From assembly GCA_036574205.1 (NCBI GenBank), contig JAINCQ010000040.1, positions 32,001 to 96,000 on the forward strand: a stretch of 64,000 bases of DNA, written 5' to 3'. The DNA is from Elusimicrobiota bacterium. GTDB taxonomy: Bacteria > Elusimicrobiota > Elusimicrobia > Elusimicrobiales > UBA9959. The position numbers were made by a program, and so were the translations under genes. Shown one piece after another: positions 1 through 9,916 of the stretch. Numbering within the stretch: the first letter of the stretch is position 1; every line of letters begins with the position of its first letter. Under the pieces are notes generated by a model. That model ran no database searches. It was not told the origin of the DNA and saw nothing but the letters and a program-made list of their open reading frames with translations.

Positions 1-83
1 TGCACCATATTGACTTTTTGGCTTTTAACTTCATCTATACTTTCTTTTAAATAGAGCTTACAATTCCCCCACAATTTAGTCAT
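1..83 (-). CDS. 5' part of a possible CDS running off the window (MTKLWGNCKLYLKESIDEVKSQKVNMV...)
   Basis: ATG at 83, 11 nt after the gcvPB stop; frame stays open to the window edge; no recognisable motif. Confidence 0.35.
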   Translation of the reverse strand, partial: MTKLWGNCKLYLKESIDEVKSQKVNMV

Positions 84-94
84 TTAAAAATTTT

Positions 95-1549
95 TCACCA
101 TCTAATATTTGCTTCTCGTGCGGCTTTGACTTCATCAAGTCTTTTTACTGGCATATTATGAGGCGCGTTTTTTAATATTTCTGGATTTGTTTTCCCCTCT
201 TCGTATATCTTTTTCATCGCTTCTATAAAACTATCCAAAGTCTCCTTGTTTTCTGTCTCTGTTGGCTCAATCATTATAGCCTCATGAACAATTAAAGGGA
301 AATATATAGTTGGAGCATGAAATCCATAATCAAGTAATCTTTTGGCTATATCAAGAGTTTTTATGCCTTTATCTGTTAATTCTTTAGGCGGGGTTAAAAC
401 ACATTCATGCATACAATATTCTCTGGCATAAGGTGGATAAATATTTTCAAGGTTTTTCTTTATATAATTTGCGTTAATTATGGCATTTTCAGCTACTTCT
501 CTAAATTCTTTCATACCATGCATAAGCATATATGTATATGCTTTTATTAAAACAGAAGTGTTTGTAAAAAATCCTTTAACCCTTCCAATTGAATGAGGTC
601 TTTTCTCATCCAGATCATATCTCTGAGATTTTTTAACAACTATTGGAATTGGCAAGTAATCAGAAAGATGCTTTTTTACTAAAATTGCTCCAGATCCAGG
701 ACCACCTCCACCATGTGGGGTTGAAAATGTTTTGTGAAGATTTAAATGAAGTATATCAACTCCAAAATCGCCCGGCTTAACAAGCCCTATTAAGGCATTC
801 ATATTAGCGCCATCCATATAAATAAGCGTTCCGTTATCATGGCATAATTTTACAATCTCATCTATTTGCTTTTCAAATATACCCAGAGTGTTTGGGATTG
901 TAAGCATTAATACGGCAGTTTTTGAGTTTAAATGCTTTTTTAAAACATCAAGATCTATTCTACCCTGCGAATTTGAATGGATGTTAATGGTTTTAAATCC
1001 AGCCATAGTAGAGGTTGCTGGATTTGTTCCATGAGCGGAATCAGGGACTATAACCTCATCCCTATTTTCACCTTTAACCTCAAAATATTTTTTAGCTATT
1101 AAAATCCCTGTAAATTCTCCATGCGCGCCTGCCACTGGCCACATTGTCCCATCATCCATTCCACACAACTCGCATAATCTTGATTTTATGTCATATATAA
1201 TTTCAAGAGTTCCTTGAGCAAAATCAATCAGAGAATTTGGATTAAGCGAGGTAAATCCTTCAAAAGAAGCAACCTCTTCATTTATCTTAGGGTTATATTT
1301 CATAGTGCAGGAACCTAAAGGATAAAAATGGGTATCAACTGAAAAATTTAATTTAGAAAGTCTTGTGTAGTGTCTTACGACATCAAACTCGCTCATCTGA
1401 GGAAGTTTCGGGTCTGTTTTTCTTAAATATTTATCGTTTATATTTGTTTTAATCTCTTTACTTTCATCTACCAGCAAAACTCCCCTTTTCCCTTCCTTTG
1501 ATTTTTCTATACTAAGTTTATTATCAAAAATCTTTTCAGTTAAGTTCAT
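95..1549 (-). CDS. gcvPB: Glycine dehydrogenase (decarboxylating) subunit 2
   Basis: YPLGSCTMKYNP, SAHGTNPAT, PLP-lysine motif HLNLHKTFSTPHGGGGPG, MIEPTETE; position in the gcv operon. Confidence 0.97.
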   Translation of the reverse strand: MNLTEKIFDNKLSIEKSKEGKRGVLLVDESKEIKTNINDKYLRKTDPKLPQMSEFDVVRHYTRLSKLNFSVDTHFYPLGSCTMKYNPKINEEVASFEGFTSLNPNSLIDFAQGTLEIIYDIKSRLCELCGMDDGTMWPVAGAHGEFTGILIAKKYFEVKGENRDEVIVPDSAHGTNPATSTMAGFKTINIHSNSQGRIDLDVLKKHLNSKTAVLMLTIPNTLGIFEKQIDEIVKLCHDNGTLIYMDGANMNALIGLVKPGDFGVDILHLNLHKTFSTPHGGGGPGSGAILVKKHLSDYLPIPIVVKKSQRYDLDEKRPHSIGRVKGFFTNTSVLIKAYTYMLMHGMKEFREVAENAIINANYIKKNLENIYPPYAREYCMHECVLTPPKELTDKGIKTLDIAKRLLDYGFHAPTIYFPLIVHEAIMIEPTETENKETLDSFIEAMKKIYEEGKTNPEILKNAPHNMPVKRLDEVKAAREANIRW

Positions 1550-1560
1550 AAATCCTCCAA

Positions 1561-2907
1561 TTATTTCTTTAAGTTTATACTTACTTTTGATGAAATTATA
1601 TTTACAAGTTCATCTATATCTTTTTCAGTTTTTGTCTCTGTAAATGCCATTAACACAGTATCTTTAAACTCTTTTCCAAGTTCATCTATATTCAACCCTA
1701 TATCTATTCTATTTGATTTAGCTATCTCTCTTCTAATATCTATAGAATCAGGGATATCAACTGGAAATTCATTAAAAAATGGTTGATTGTATTTTATATC
1801 AAAGCCGCTTCCTTTTAATTTTTTAAGAGCATAATTTGCAAGATAATTGTTAAAGATTGCCAATTTTTTAAGACCTTCTTTTCCCAGAGCAGTCATATAA
1901 ATGCTTACCCATAAAGCGCAAAGCGCTTGATTGGAACATATGTTTGAAGGGGCTTTTTCCCTTCTTATATGTTGTTCCCTTGCTTGAAGAGTCAATGTAA
2001 ATCCTCTTTTGCCGTCTCTATCCACAGTCATACCACATATTCTCCCCGGCATCTGCCTTAAATGTTCTTTCTTACAGGTAAAAATCCCGAGATATGGTCC
2101 GCCATAAGAAAGTGGAAGTCCGAGAGATTGCCCCTCGCCTACTGCAAAATCAAACCCTGCTTCCCCCGGAGTTTTTAACAACATAAGAGAAAAAGGATCA
2201 GCAAGGCATACTGTAAGTATATTTTTAGATTTTGCTATTTTATTAAACTCCTCTATATCTTCTATAAAACCAAGATAATTAGGGTTTGAAATTACTGCGC
2301 ATGCCGTTTTTTCATCAATAAGTTTTTCAAATTTATTAAAATCAATGATACCATTATTATGAGGTATGGCAATAAATTCATATTCTTTTGAATTGGCAAA
2401 ATATGTTTTTAATACCTCAATATATTTTGGGTTTATCAAAGATGAATAAATTATTTTATTTTTATTGCTTATCCTTACACATGCTTTAACCGCCTCAGCA
2501 AGCGCAGTTGAGCCATCATACATAGAAGCGTTTGAAAAATCCATACCATATAAATTTGCCATCAAGCTTTGATACTCATATATTGTCTGTAAAATACCCT
2601 GACTTGCCTCAGCCTGATAAGGGGTATAAGCTGTTAGAAACTCTGATCTTTGAGCTATAGACTTAACAACAGCTGGTGTATATCTTTCATATACCCCACC
2701 ACCAACAAAGCTTTTAAGATTAATATTTTTATTTGAAAGATCTTTCATCCTGTTATATGCTTCCATCTCAGTTAATGGCTGTGGAAGATTATATTCGGGA
2801 TTTAAGAACTTTTCAGGCACAATCTTTTTTATCAGAGATTCAAAAGATTTTTCGCCTATAATTTCAAGCATCTCTTTTTTTTCATTATTTGTATTAGATA
2901 TAAACAT
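1561..2907 (-). CDS. gcvPA: Glycine dehydrogenase (decarboxylating) subunit 1
   Basis: EFLTAYTPYQAEASQG, NASMYDG, LQAREQHIRREKAPSNICSNQAL. Confidence 0.97.
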   Translation of the reverse strand: MFISNTNNEKKEMLEIIGEKSFESLIKKIVPEKFLNPEYNLPQPLTEMEAYNRMKDLSNKNINLKSFVGGGVYERYTPAVVKSIAQRSEFLTAYTPYQAEASQGILQTIYEYQSLMANLYGMDFSNASMYDGSTALAEAVKACVRISNKNKIIYSSLINPKYIEVLKTYFANSKEYEFIAIPHNNGIIDFNKFEKLIDEKTACAVISNPNYLGFIEDIEEFNKIAKSKNILTVCLADPFSLMLLKTPGEAGFDFAVGEGQSLGLPLSYGGPYLGIFTCKKEHLRQMPGRICGMTVDRDGKRGFTLTLQAREQHIRREKAPSNICSNQALCALWVSIYMTALGKEGLKKLAIFNNYLANYALKKLKGSGFDIKYNQPFFNEFPVDIPDSIDIRREIAKSNRIDIGLNIDELGKEFKDTVLMAFTETKTEKDIDELVNIISSKVSINLKK

Positions 2908-2960
2908 AGAATCTCCTTCTATAAATAAAAATTATTTAAGAAATTTAAAAAAACTATAAA

Positions 2961-3347
2961 TCAATGTTGCTGGGTTTTTAAAAATTCCTCATATTGTTTA
3001 TAATCCATCAAAGAATCCAATTCAGCTAAATTTGAAATTTTAACCTTAAATATCCAGCCTTTACCAAAAGCATCTTGATTTATGGCTTGAGGATCATTGG
3101 AAAGTTCATTATTAACTTCAATAACCTCACCTGAAACAGGGGAATAGACATCCGAGGCAGACTTAACAGACTCAACAACACAACACTGCTTTTCTTTTTC
3201 AACTTTTTGCCCAATTTTGGGAAGATCTACAAAAACTATATCTCCCATCTGGCTTTGCGCAAAGTCGGTAATCCCGACAACTCCTTTATCGCCTTCAACT
3301 GCTATCCATTCATGAGTCTTTGTATATTTAAGGTTTTCTTTGTTCAT
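2961..3347 (-). CDS. gcvH: Glycine cleavage system H protein
   Basis: KYTKTHEW, GITDFAQ, lipoyl-lysine motif VESVKSASDVYSPVSGEV. Confidence 0.97.
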   Translation of the reverse strand: MNKENLKYTKTHEWIAVEGDKGVVGITDFAQSQMGDIVFVDLPKIGQKVEKEKQCCVVESVKSASDVYSPVSGEVIEVNNELSNDPQAINQDAFGKGWIFKVKISNLAELDSLMDYKQYEEFLKTQQH

Positions 3348-3356
3348 AATCTCTCC

Positions 3357-4472
3357 TTATTTGTTTAATTTAAAATAAAAAACTCCACCTTTAAAAAACG
3401 GAATTTCACATACTTTTGCTTTAATCATTTTACCCCTGACTTCAACCTCAACCTCATCACCTATATTTAACCCAACAGGCATATATCCCATGGCTATTGA
3501 CTTTTTAAGTGATGGGGAGTAAGCGCCGCTTGTAAGAGTCCCCAATTCTTTCCCATTGCTAAAAACTTTATAACCTTCTCTTAAAACCCCGCTTTCCGCA
3601 ATTATACCTGTAAGTTTAATTTTTACACCTTCTTTTTTCTCTTTTTCATAAAGATCTTTTCCTATAAAGTTTCCCTTATTTAATTTAACAACCCATCCAT
3701 AATTTGCCTGATAACTTGAATGTGCATCATCAATATCAGAACCATATAAAAGATATCCAGATTCAAGCCTTAAACTATCCCTTGCTCCAAGCCCACACGG
3801 TTTAATATCATAATCCTTTCCAAGTTTCATTAATTCTTCCCATATCCTTTCAATTATATAGTTTGGGGCAGTTATTTCAAAACCATCTTCCCCGGTATAG
3901 CCAGTTCTTGAGATATAACAGTGCTCATCATAGATATCTTTTTCAATTATCCCAAACCTTGGATAGCTTAATATTTCTTTAGCAAATTTTTCCATCACAT
4001 TAACTGATTTAGGTCCCTGAATGGCTATCATAGAAAACTCGCTTGATTTATTTGTTATTCTAACCTCAAAGTTTTTTGATTGAGATAAAAACCAGTTATA
4101 ATCTTTCTCTGTTGTGGTTGCATTAACTATAACAAGAAATCTCTCATCATCAAGGCAGAAATCTATAACATCATCCACTATACCACCATTTCCATTTGGA
4201 AGATGAGAATAGACGCCTTCTCCTTTTTTAAGTTTTAAAATATTATTTGAATTTACATAATCTAAAAATTTCTTTGCATCTTTGCCTTCAACAAAAATCT
4301 GTCCCATATGGCTTACATCAAACATTCCAACACCATTTCTTACAGTTAAATGCTCTTTTATTATTCCTTCAAATTGAACTGGCAACTCCCAGCCGTGGAA
4401 ATCCACCATCTTTCCACCATACCTCCTGCAAATATTATTTAGATAAGTTCTCTTTATTGTTACATTGGTCAT
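3357..4472 (-). CDS. gcvT: Glycine cleavage system aminomethyltransferase T
   Basis: FDVSHMGQ, SRTGYTGEDGFE, GLGARDSLRLE; AGGAGG Shine-Dalgarno upstream. Confidence 0.97.
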   Translation of the reverse strand: MTNVTIKRTYLNNICRRYGGKMVDFHGWELPVQFEGIIKEHLTVRNGVGMFDVSHMGQIFVEGKDAKKFLDYVNSNNILKLKKGEGVYSHLPNGNGGIVDDVIDFCLDDERFLVIVNATTTEKDYNWFLSQSKNFEVRITNKSSEFSMIAIQGPKSVNVMEKFAKEILSYPRFGIIEKDIYDEHCYISRTGYTGEDGFEITAPNYIIERIWEELMKLGKDYDIKPCGLGARDSLRLESGYLLYGSDIDDAHSSYQANYGWVVKLNKGNFIGKDLYEKEKKEGVKIKLTGIIAESGVLREGYKVFSNGKELGTLTSGAYSPSLKKSIAMGYMPVGLNIGDEVEVEVRGKMIKAKVCEIPFFKGGVFYFKLNK

Positions 4473-4647
4473 GATTTCCTCCTAAAACAATTATATAAAA
4501 TTTAAAGAATATAAATTATAAGATATCTATACAGGTTAGATTTTTTCTTTTTATGATTTTGAAACTGTTCATCTAAAAAAATACTCCATTGGCGTTTTTT
4601 TGTTTATTCCTTATAGGCATTCTCATTTAGCTTATCAAACTTTGCAT

Positions 4648-4701
4648 AAACAATTATCCAAAGTTTAACTATGACCGTGTAAAATTAGTGGATGTTGTTT
4701 T
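4648..4701. repeat. Intergenic repeat module A (imperfect palindrome), copy 1
   Basis: 50/54 nt identical to 16742-16795. Confidence 0.9.
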
Positions 4702-4767
4702 GAAAAACACCTCAACTGACCGCCCCGGTCAGTCCGGCGCTCACTTCCGCTACGCTCAAACCTTCTT

Positions 4768-4903
4768 TTCCCCCTTAAATTTCCTCACCCCAACCCTCTC
4801 CAAAAAAGGAGAGGGAATTTGTGTAGCAGAAAGATGGAGGCTCTTTAAAATAGAAAATGGCATAGGCGAGTGTCAAAATCCCTTCCCCCTTGATGGGGGA
4901 AGG
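4768..4903. repeat. REP-like palindromic elements (CCTCACCCCAACCCTCTCC-AAAAAA-GGAGAGGG type, plus a related 9-bp hairpin)
   Basis: 4768-4815 matches 16639-16685; 4881-4903 is the perfect hairpin CCTTCCCCC-TTGAT-GGGGGAAGG. Confidence 0.8.
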
Positions 4904-4919
4904 TGAAGGATGAGTGTAA

Positions 4920-4970
4920 AAAAAGGAGAGGGGACATAGCAGTTAAACCGTCTAAGGAAGGTAAAACCAG
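4920..4970. repeat. Intergenic repeat module C, copy 1
   Basis: 47/51 nt identical to 16673-16723. Confidence 0.9.
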
Positions 4971-5125
4971 GTTTTGTTTTTCTAATATTTTGCAAATTTT
5001 TTGATTTACAAACTAATCCAATAAATAGAGGGAAGACTATAGCATTTTTTAATCCAGAATTAGTTAACCCATGTTAACTCATCATAAACAGCAGGCTACT
5101 TGCAATTTTAAAATTAAAATGCAAT

Positions 5126-6307
5126 CTAATACATAACAATATTATTCTTTTTAAGATATTTCTGGTATTTTTTAATTCCTTTTTGAAATTTATTTAAAAT
5201 ATACTGAGGTTCTTTTCCTTTATATAACCATTTCAAAAACTTCTCATTAACCATTCTTTTCATCCCATCTTCTTCTATTAAAAGTTTATCTCTATGATTT
5301 CTATAAATAAAATAGATTGAATGAACAAATATATCCATCGCCCTAACTTTTTCCTTATCAAGAACTTTTATATAAACACCTTTAACCTTTTCACCTTTAT
5401 AAAGATCAGAGTCTGGAATTTTTTCTACTGGATAGAACTCAACCCCATCAAGTTTTTTAGAATTTAAATACTCTACAAGACTTTCATTATCAAGCCATGG
5501 CGAACCAAAAAATTCAAAAGGCATCTCAGTTCCCCTTCCAACAGATATATTTGTAGCCTCAAAACATCCTATACCAGCATACAATATAGCAGCATTTAAG
5601 TTTCTTATGTTGGGAGACGGATTAACCCAGGGAAGATTTGTCTCATTAAAAAACATCTTATGATTATAGTTTTTCATCTTTACACACTTTAAGTTAATTT
5701 TCAAATTTGATTTTAATTTATGGAAATAAGCCATTTCACATGGAGTAAGGGAATGTCTAACCGGAACCTCATAATAAGCTGTAAAAGCTTTTATATCCTT
5801 ATCAAGAACAGGTCCTTCAATAACATCTGAAATAGGGTTGGGTCTATCAAGAACAATAAACTCTATATCTCTTTTTGTTGCCTCCTCCATAGCATAACCC
5901 ATCGTTGTAAGATATGTATAAAATCTAACTCCAACATCCTGAATATCAAAAACAAGAGTATCTAAATCTTTAAGCATTTCATCAGTAGGTTTTTTAGTTT
6001 TTCCATATAAACTATATATCGGCACTAAATTATATGTTGAATTATCAATTGAAAATCCCCCCTCTATATCACCTTTAAACCCATGCTCAGGGGAAAATAT
6101 AGCTATAAGATTTATGTTGTTTTTAATAAAAATATCAACCAAATTTAAACCTTTTGAGTTTATGCTTGTATGATTGACTATAACCCCAATCTTTTTGTTT
6201 TTCAAGATATCAAAATTCTCTTCTTCTAAAACTTCAAGCCCGCTTTTAACTCCTTCGCAATATAAGGAAAAGCTAAAAACATAAATTAAAATAAAAACTC
6301 TTATCAC
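5126..6307 (-). CDS. namZ: Exo-beta-N-acetylmuramidase NamZ / DUF1343 family protein
   Basis: Signal peptide; FSPEHGF, DIQDVGVRFYTY, VLDRPNP, WVNPSPNI, ISVGRGT motifs. Confidence 0.88.
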   Translation of the reverse strand: MIRVFILIYVFSFSLYCEGVKSGLEVLEEENFDILKNKKIGVIVNHTSINSKGLNLVDIFIKNNINLIAIFSPEHGFKGDIEGGFSIDNSTYNLVPIYSLYGKTKKPTDEMLKDLDTLVFDIQDVGVRFYTYLTTMGYAMEEATKRDIEFIVLDRPNPISDVIEGPVLDKDIKAFTAYYEVPVRHSLTPCEMAYFHKLKSNLKINLKCVKMKNYNHKMFFNETNLPWVNPSPNIRNLNAAILYAGIGCFEATNISVGRGTEMPFEFFGSPWLDNESLVEYLNSKKLDGVEFYPVEKIPDSDLYKGEKVKGVYIKVLDKEKVRAMDIFVHSIYFIYRNHRDKLLIEEDGMKRMVNEKFLKWLYKGKEPQYILNKFQKGIKKYQKYLKKNNIVMY

Positions 6308-7584
6308 TTGCTATCCTTTAAGATAAGAAGATACAGATTACCAGGTTCCCAGATAGAATAAGCAAATTTTTTAGCCTTATCGCCTGTTCCCGCAAAAAAA
6401 TCAACCCGCGCTCCTTTTATGGCTCCACCTGTATCATGACAGAATACAAGCCTCTGTGATTGCTTAAAAGAATTTATATTAAGATTATCGTCAAAAACTG
6501 GAAGTTTTAAATTAACAACCGCCGGCATTCCAAGTGGAATTATTGAGTTATCTATAGCTATTGATCTTTGTGCAACAAGATTTAAACCATAAGTTCCTAT
6601 AGGACCCTCATCAAAAGATTTCATATCGTCAAGATAAAAAAAAGTATATCTTTTATTCTGGCTTATAATAGGCCTTTGTAAATCGGGTTTTTCATTTATA
6701 AATTTCTTTGCTCTGTCATAAAATGTTTTATCTTCTCCAACCCCACCATATCTCTGGATATACCCCCCTTCTATAAGCGCTGTCATCCAACCTTTAAATT
6801 TAAGCGAATTAGTTGCCGCAAATTTAGCTCTTTTATATCCACCTTCTTTTAGTTTTAATATTCCCGAACCCTGCGTATGAATATCTAAAACATCAGCTAT
6901 ATCTTTCATATAGGCAATTTCATAATTTTTGCCAGAAAGAACTTTATCAAAATCTATCTCCTCCCTTGTGTAATACGGGATAATTTTCGTCCCCAAAAGC
7001 CTGCCAGTTAATTTCTGACCTTTATATTTATCAGCATCAAAATCTTCAAGATTTATTTCAATCATATCATCAGGTTTTCTATATAAAGGATATTTATAAA
7101 TCTCGTCACTGCTTAAACTTGCCTCAAAAACAGGTTCATAATAAGAACTAAATATTACAGGGTTTGTACCCTTTTTAAGTTCATATATATCAAAACTTTC
7201 TTTTATCTTTGTGTTTAAATCTTCATCGTCTTTTGAGTTCTGATAAATCTCCATTAATTTTTGTGTGGATTCTAACAATATTTTAGGGGTTACTTTTTTG
7301 TCAGGGAAATTATAAGAGATATTTTTATCAAGAGAGTTTGTTAAATAATTAATATTTAAATCAAAAGCTCGTTTAATATCCTCATCCCATTCTTTACTAA
7401 ATAATGGATAATCCTTTTCATTAACCTTTATCAATCTCGCTTCTGGTGGCTTTATCTTCTGACACACTAAAACCTCATCTTTTCCACAGACAATTGACTC
7501 TTGAGCAGTTTCTTGCTTCTTTATAGCATGATGACATGATGAGAACAAAAATACAGTAAGAATAATTTTTTTTAAGTTTTTCAT
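6304..7584 (-). CDS. mltA: MltA-family lytic murein transglycosylase (lipoprotein)
   Basis: Lipobox-like FSSC, YYEP, QGSG, 3D-domain motifs SIAID / DTGGAIKG / VDFFAG. Confidence 0.9.
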   Translation of the reverse strand: MKNLKKIILTVFLFSSCHHAIKKQETAQESIVCGKDEVLVCQKIKPPEARLIKVNEKDYPLFSKEWDEDIKRAFDLNINYLTNSLDKNISYNFPDKKVTPKILLESTQKLMEIYQNSKDDEDLNTKIKESFDIYELKKGTNPVIFSSYYEPVFEASLSSDEIYKYPLYRKPDDMIEINLEDFDADKYKGQKLTGRLLGTKIIPYYTREEIDFDKVLSGKNYEIAYMKDIADVLDIHTQGSGILKLKEGGYKRAKFAATNSLKFKGWMTALIEGGYIQRYGGVGEDKTFYDRAKKFINEKPDLQRPIISQNKRYTFFYLDDMKSFDEGPIGTYGLNLVAQRSIAIDNSIIPLGMPAVVNLKLPVFDDNLNINSFKQSQRLVFCHDTGGAIKGARVDFFAGTGDKAKKFAYSIWEPGNLYLLILKDSK

Positions 7585-7599
7585 TTCTCCTCCATTAAA

Positions 7600-8595
7600 C
7601 TAAATAGTATATGTAACCTTTTTAAGACCTTTTGGGTTGTCAGGATTTAATCCTTTTGTAACAGCTATTTTTAAAGCACAGAGTTTAATAAATACATCCA
7701 TACTAAGAGCATTAAATGGATAATTTTCTGAAAAGGGAGTTAAGATTATATATTTAATTCCTCTTTCATCAAGCTTGTTTTTAACAAGTAATAAATCTTC
7801 TGTTAACTTCTTGTCCCTTGAAAGTATAACAACCAAATCTTTTTTGGTATATGCTCCTATAGGTCCATGCAAAAACTCAGCAGCAGAGTATCCCAGACTA
7901 TGAGTCATAGCCATCTCTCTAAATTTAAGCGCCGAGTCCTCCGCCACAGCATTAAAAGGCCCCCTACCAACAAAACCAACAATAAATGATTCTAAAATCA
8001 AATCAAATCCAGTTTTATTGTAAATTTTTTCAAAATTATTTATTAAATAGTTAATCTCCTCAATTGTTTTTTTAAATATGCTTTCCTTAAAATTTGCTCC
8101 GAAAAACTTAGCTAATTTCAAAATACACCATAATTGTAAAATAAAGCTTTTAGTGGCAGCAACAGGTACCTCCTTTGAGTTTGAAAGAAGTATATGAATA
8201 TCAGACATCTTTGCTAAATCATTATTTTTTATTTTGCTTTCATTTGTAATTGCAACAATCTTTCCTCCCATCTTTTTTATTATCTTACTGCATTTTACTA
8301 TATCATAACTTTTTCCAGATTGTGAAAAAGAAAAAAGAACTTTATTGCTAAAATTCATCTTTTTTTTAGTATTAAATATAGAAAATGGATGAACTATATT
8401 ACTTATAATTCCACAATATATTTCCCATATATATTTTGCAAAAAGTGTGGCGTTGCCAGAACTTCCTCTTCCCAGTAAAAAAACCTCTCTATATTTTGAA
8501 ATCTTATTGAGATTTTCCGGAAGATTAAACCTTTCAAGTAAAATAGGTATTTCTGATATATCTTTATATGTTAAAGTATTTATATATTTGTTCAT
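7600..8595 (-). CDS. Tandem SIS-domain protein (GlmS isomerase-like / NagB-II-type glucosamine-6-phosphate deaminase)
   Basis: GRGSSGNA, SQSGKS, VAATKSF, ALKFRE, EFLHGP, NPDNPKGLKKVT; no glutaminase domain. Confidence 0.8.
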   Translation of the reverse strand: MNKYINTLTYKDISEIPILLERFNLPENLNKISKYREVFLLGRGSSGNATLFAKYIWEIYCGIISNIVHPFSIFNTKKKMNFSNKVLFSFSQSGKSYDIVKCSKIIKKMGGKIVAITNESKIKNNDLAKMSDIHILLSNSKEVPVAATKSFILQLWCILKLAKFFGANFKESIFKKTIEEINYLINNFEKIYNKTGFDLILESFIVGFVGRGPFNAVAEDSALKFREMAMTHSLGYSAAEFLHGPIGAYTKKDLVVILSRDKKLTEDLLLVKNKLDERGIKYIILTPFSENYPFNALSMDVFIKLCALKIAVTKGLNPDNPKGLKKVTYTI

Positions 8596-8635
8596 ACCGC
8601 CTCTTTTTTATGCAGTATAAATAAATTATATAATT

Positions 8636-8664
8636 TTGACAAATTAAAAATACTATGATAAAAT
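8636..8664 (+). promoter_or_regulatory. Sigma70-type promoter of the aminotransferase gene
   Basis: TTGACA (8636-8641), 17-nt spacer containing the extended TG, TAAAAT (8659-8664). Confidence 0.75.
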
Positions 8665-8711
8665 CTTGTTAGGAGCTAATCTGCTCCGCTTTTTTGTTGA
8701 AGGAGGATTTT

Positions 8712-9896
8712 ATGAATTTGGCAAAACGTATGAGCAGGCTTGGAACTGAAACAGCTTTTGAAGTTTTAGCAAAAGCAAAAAAACTTGAGGCTGAAGGAAA
8801 GGAAATAATCCATCTGGAAATAGGAGAGCCAGATTTTGACACCCCAAGAAATATAAAAAAGGCAGCGATAGACGCTATTAAATCTGGATATACTCACTAT
8901 ACCCCCTCTGCTGGGATCCCACAGGCAAGAGAGGCTGTGGCAGAATATCTGAATAAAACAAGACCAGGTATTGATGCAAAACCAGAGGATATAGTTATAA
9001 CAGTTGGAGGGAAACCAGTAATGCTTTATACGATAACAGCCCTTGTTGATGAAGGAGATGAGGTTATATGCCCAAACCCTTCTTACCCTATATATGAATC
9101 GCTTGTCAATTTTGTTGGAGGAAAAGTTATTCCAATACATATAAAAGAAGAGAAAGGATTTAATTTTGATGTTGATGAACTTGAAAAACTGATAACGCCA
9201 AAAACCAAACTGATTGTTATAAATTCACCAGCAAATCCAACAGGTGGAGTCATTCCCCAAAAAGATTTAGAAAAAATAGTTGAATTACTAAAGAAAAATC
9301 CGCAAATATACGTTTTATCTGATGAGATATACAGCGAAATTATATATTCTGGTAGTCATTTTTCAATAGCTACATATCCGGGGATGAGGCAAAGAACTAT
9401 TGTGCTTGACGGGCTTTCCAAAACTTACGCAATGACTGGATGGAGACTTGGTTATGGACTCTGTCCATCAGATATTGCTCCGTATATAACCAAATTGATA
9501 ACAAACTCTGTTTCATGCGCTCCCGCTTTTGGACAAATGGCATTGGTAGAAGCTCTTAAAGGGCCACAAAATTCTGTTAAGAAAATGCTCAGAGAATTTA
9601 AGAAAAGAAGAGATGCTATAGTAAAGGGATTAAATGAAATACCAGGTTTTTCATGCCAGGTTCCAAAAGGAGCTTTTTATGTTTTCCCCAATATAACAAA
9701 AACCGGGATGAAATCTCAACAATTAGCAGACATAATACTTTATGAAGCAGGTGTGGCATGTTTAAGTGGAACCTGTTTTGGATCATATGGGGAAGGATAT
9801 TTAAGATTTTCCTATGCAAATTCCCTTGAAAATATAAACAAAGCTATAGATAAAATAAAAGCTATATCAGGAAAGTGGGCAAGTAACGTAAAATAA
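8712..9896 (+). CDS. Class I/II PLP-dependent (aspartate-type) aminotransferase
   Basis: GEPDF, NSPANPTGG, SDEIY, SKTYAMTGWRLGY; start moved to ATG 8712 after AAGGAGG. Confidence 0.92.
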   Translation: MNLAKRMSRLGTETAFEVLAKAKKLEAEGKEIIHLEIGEPDFDTPRNIKKAAIDAIKSGYTHYTPSAGIPQAREAVAEYLNKTRPGIDAKPEDIVITVGGKPVMLYTITALVDEGDEVICPNPSYPIYESLVNFVGGKVIPIHIKEEKGFNFDVDELEKLITPKTKLIVINSPANPTGGVIPQKDLEKIVELLKKNPQIYVLSDEIYSEIIYSGSHFSIATYPGMRQRTIVLDGLSKTYAMTGWRLGYGLCPSDIAPYITKLITNSVSCAPAFGQMALVEALKGPQNSVKKMLREFKKRRDAIVKGLNEIPGFSCQVPKGAFYVFPNITKTGMKSQQLADIILYEAGVACLSGTCFGSYGEGYLRFSYANSLENINKAIDKIKAISGKWASNVK

Positions 9897-9916
9897 ACAA
9901 CTTAAGTCATTTTCAA

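Noticed and set aside
4688..4906. 72-aa ORF
   Set aside because: It spans palindromic repeat modules and has no protein-like features.
4473..5125. Glycine riboswitch upstream of gcvT
   Set aside because: No aptamer core (CCGAAG...TCAGG) on the minus strand; the GGAGAG present belongs to REP-like repeats, and a TATAAT lies close to the gcvT SD.
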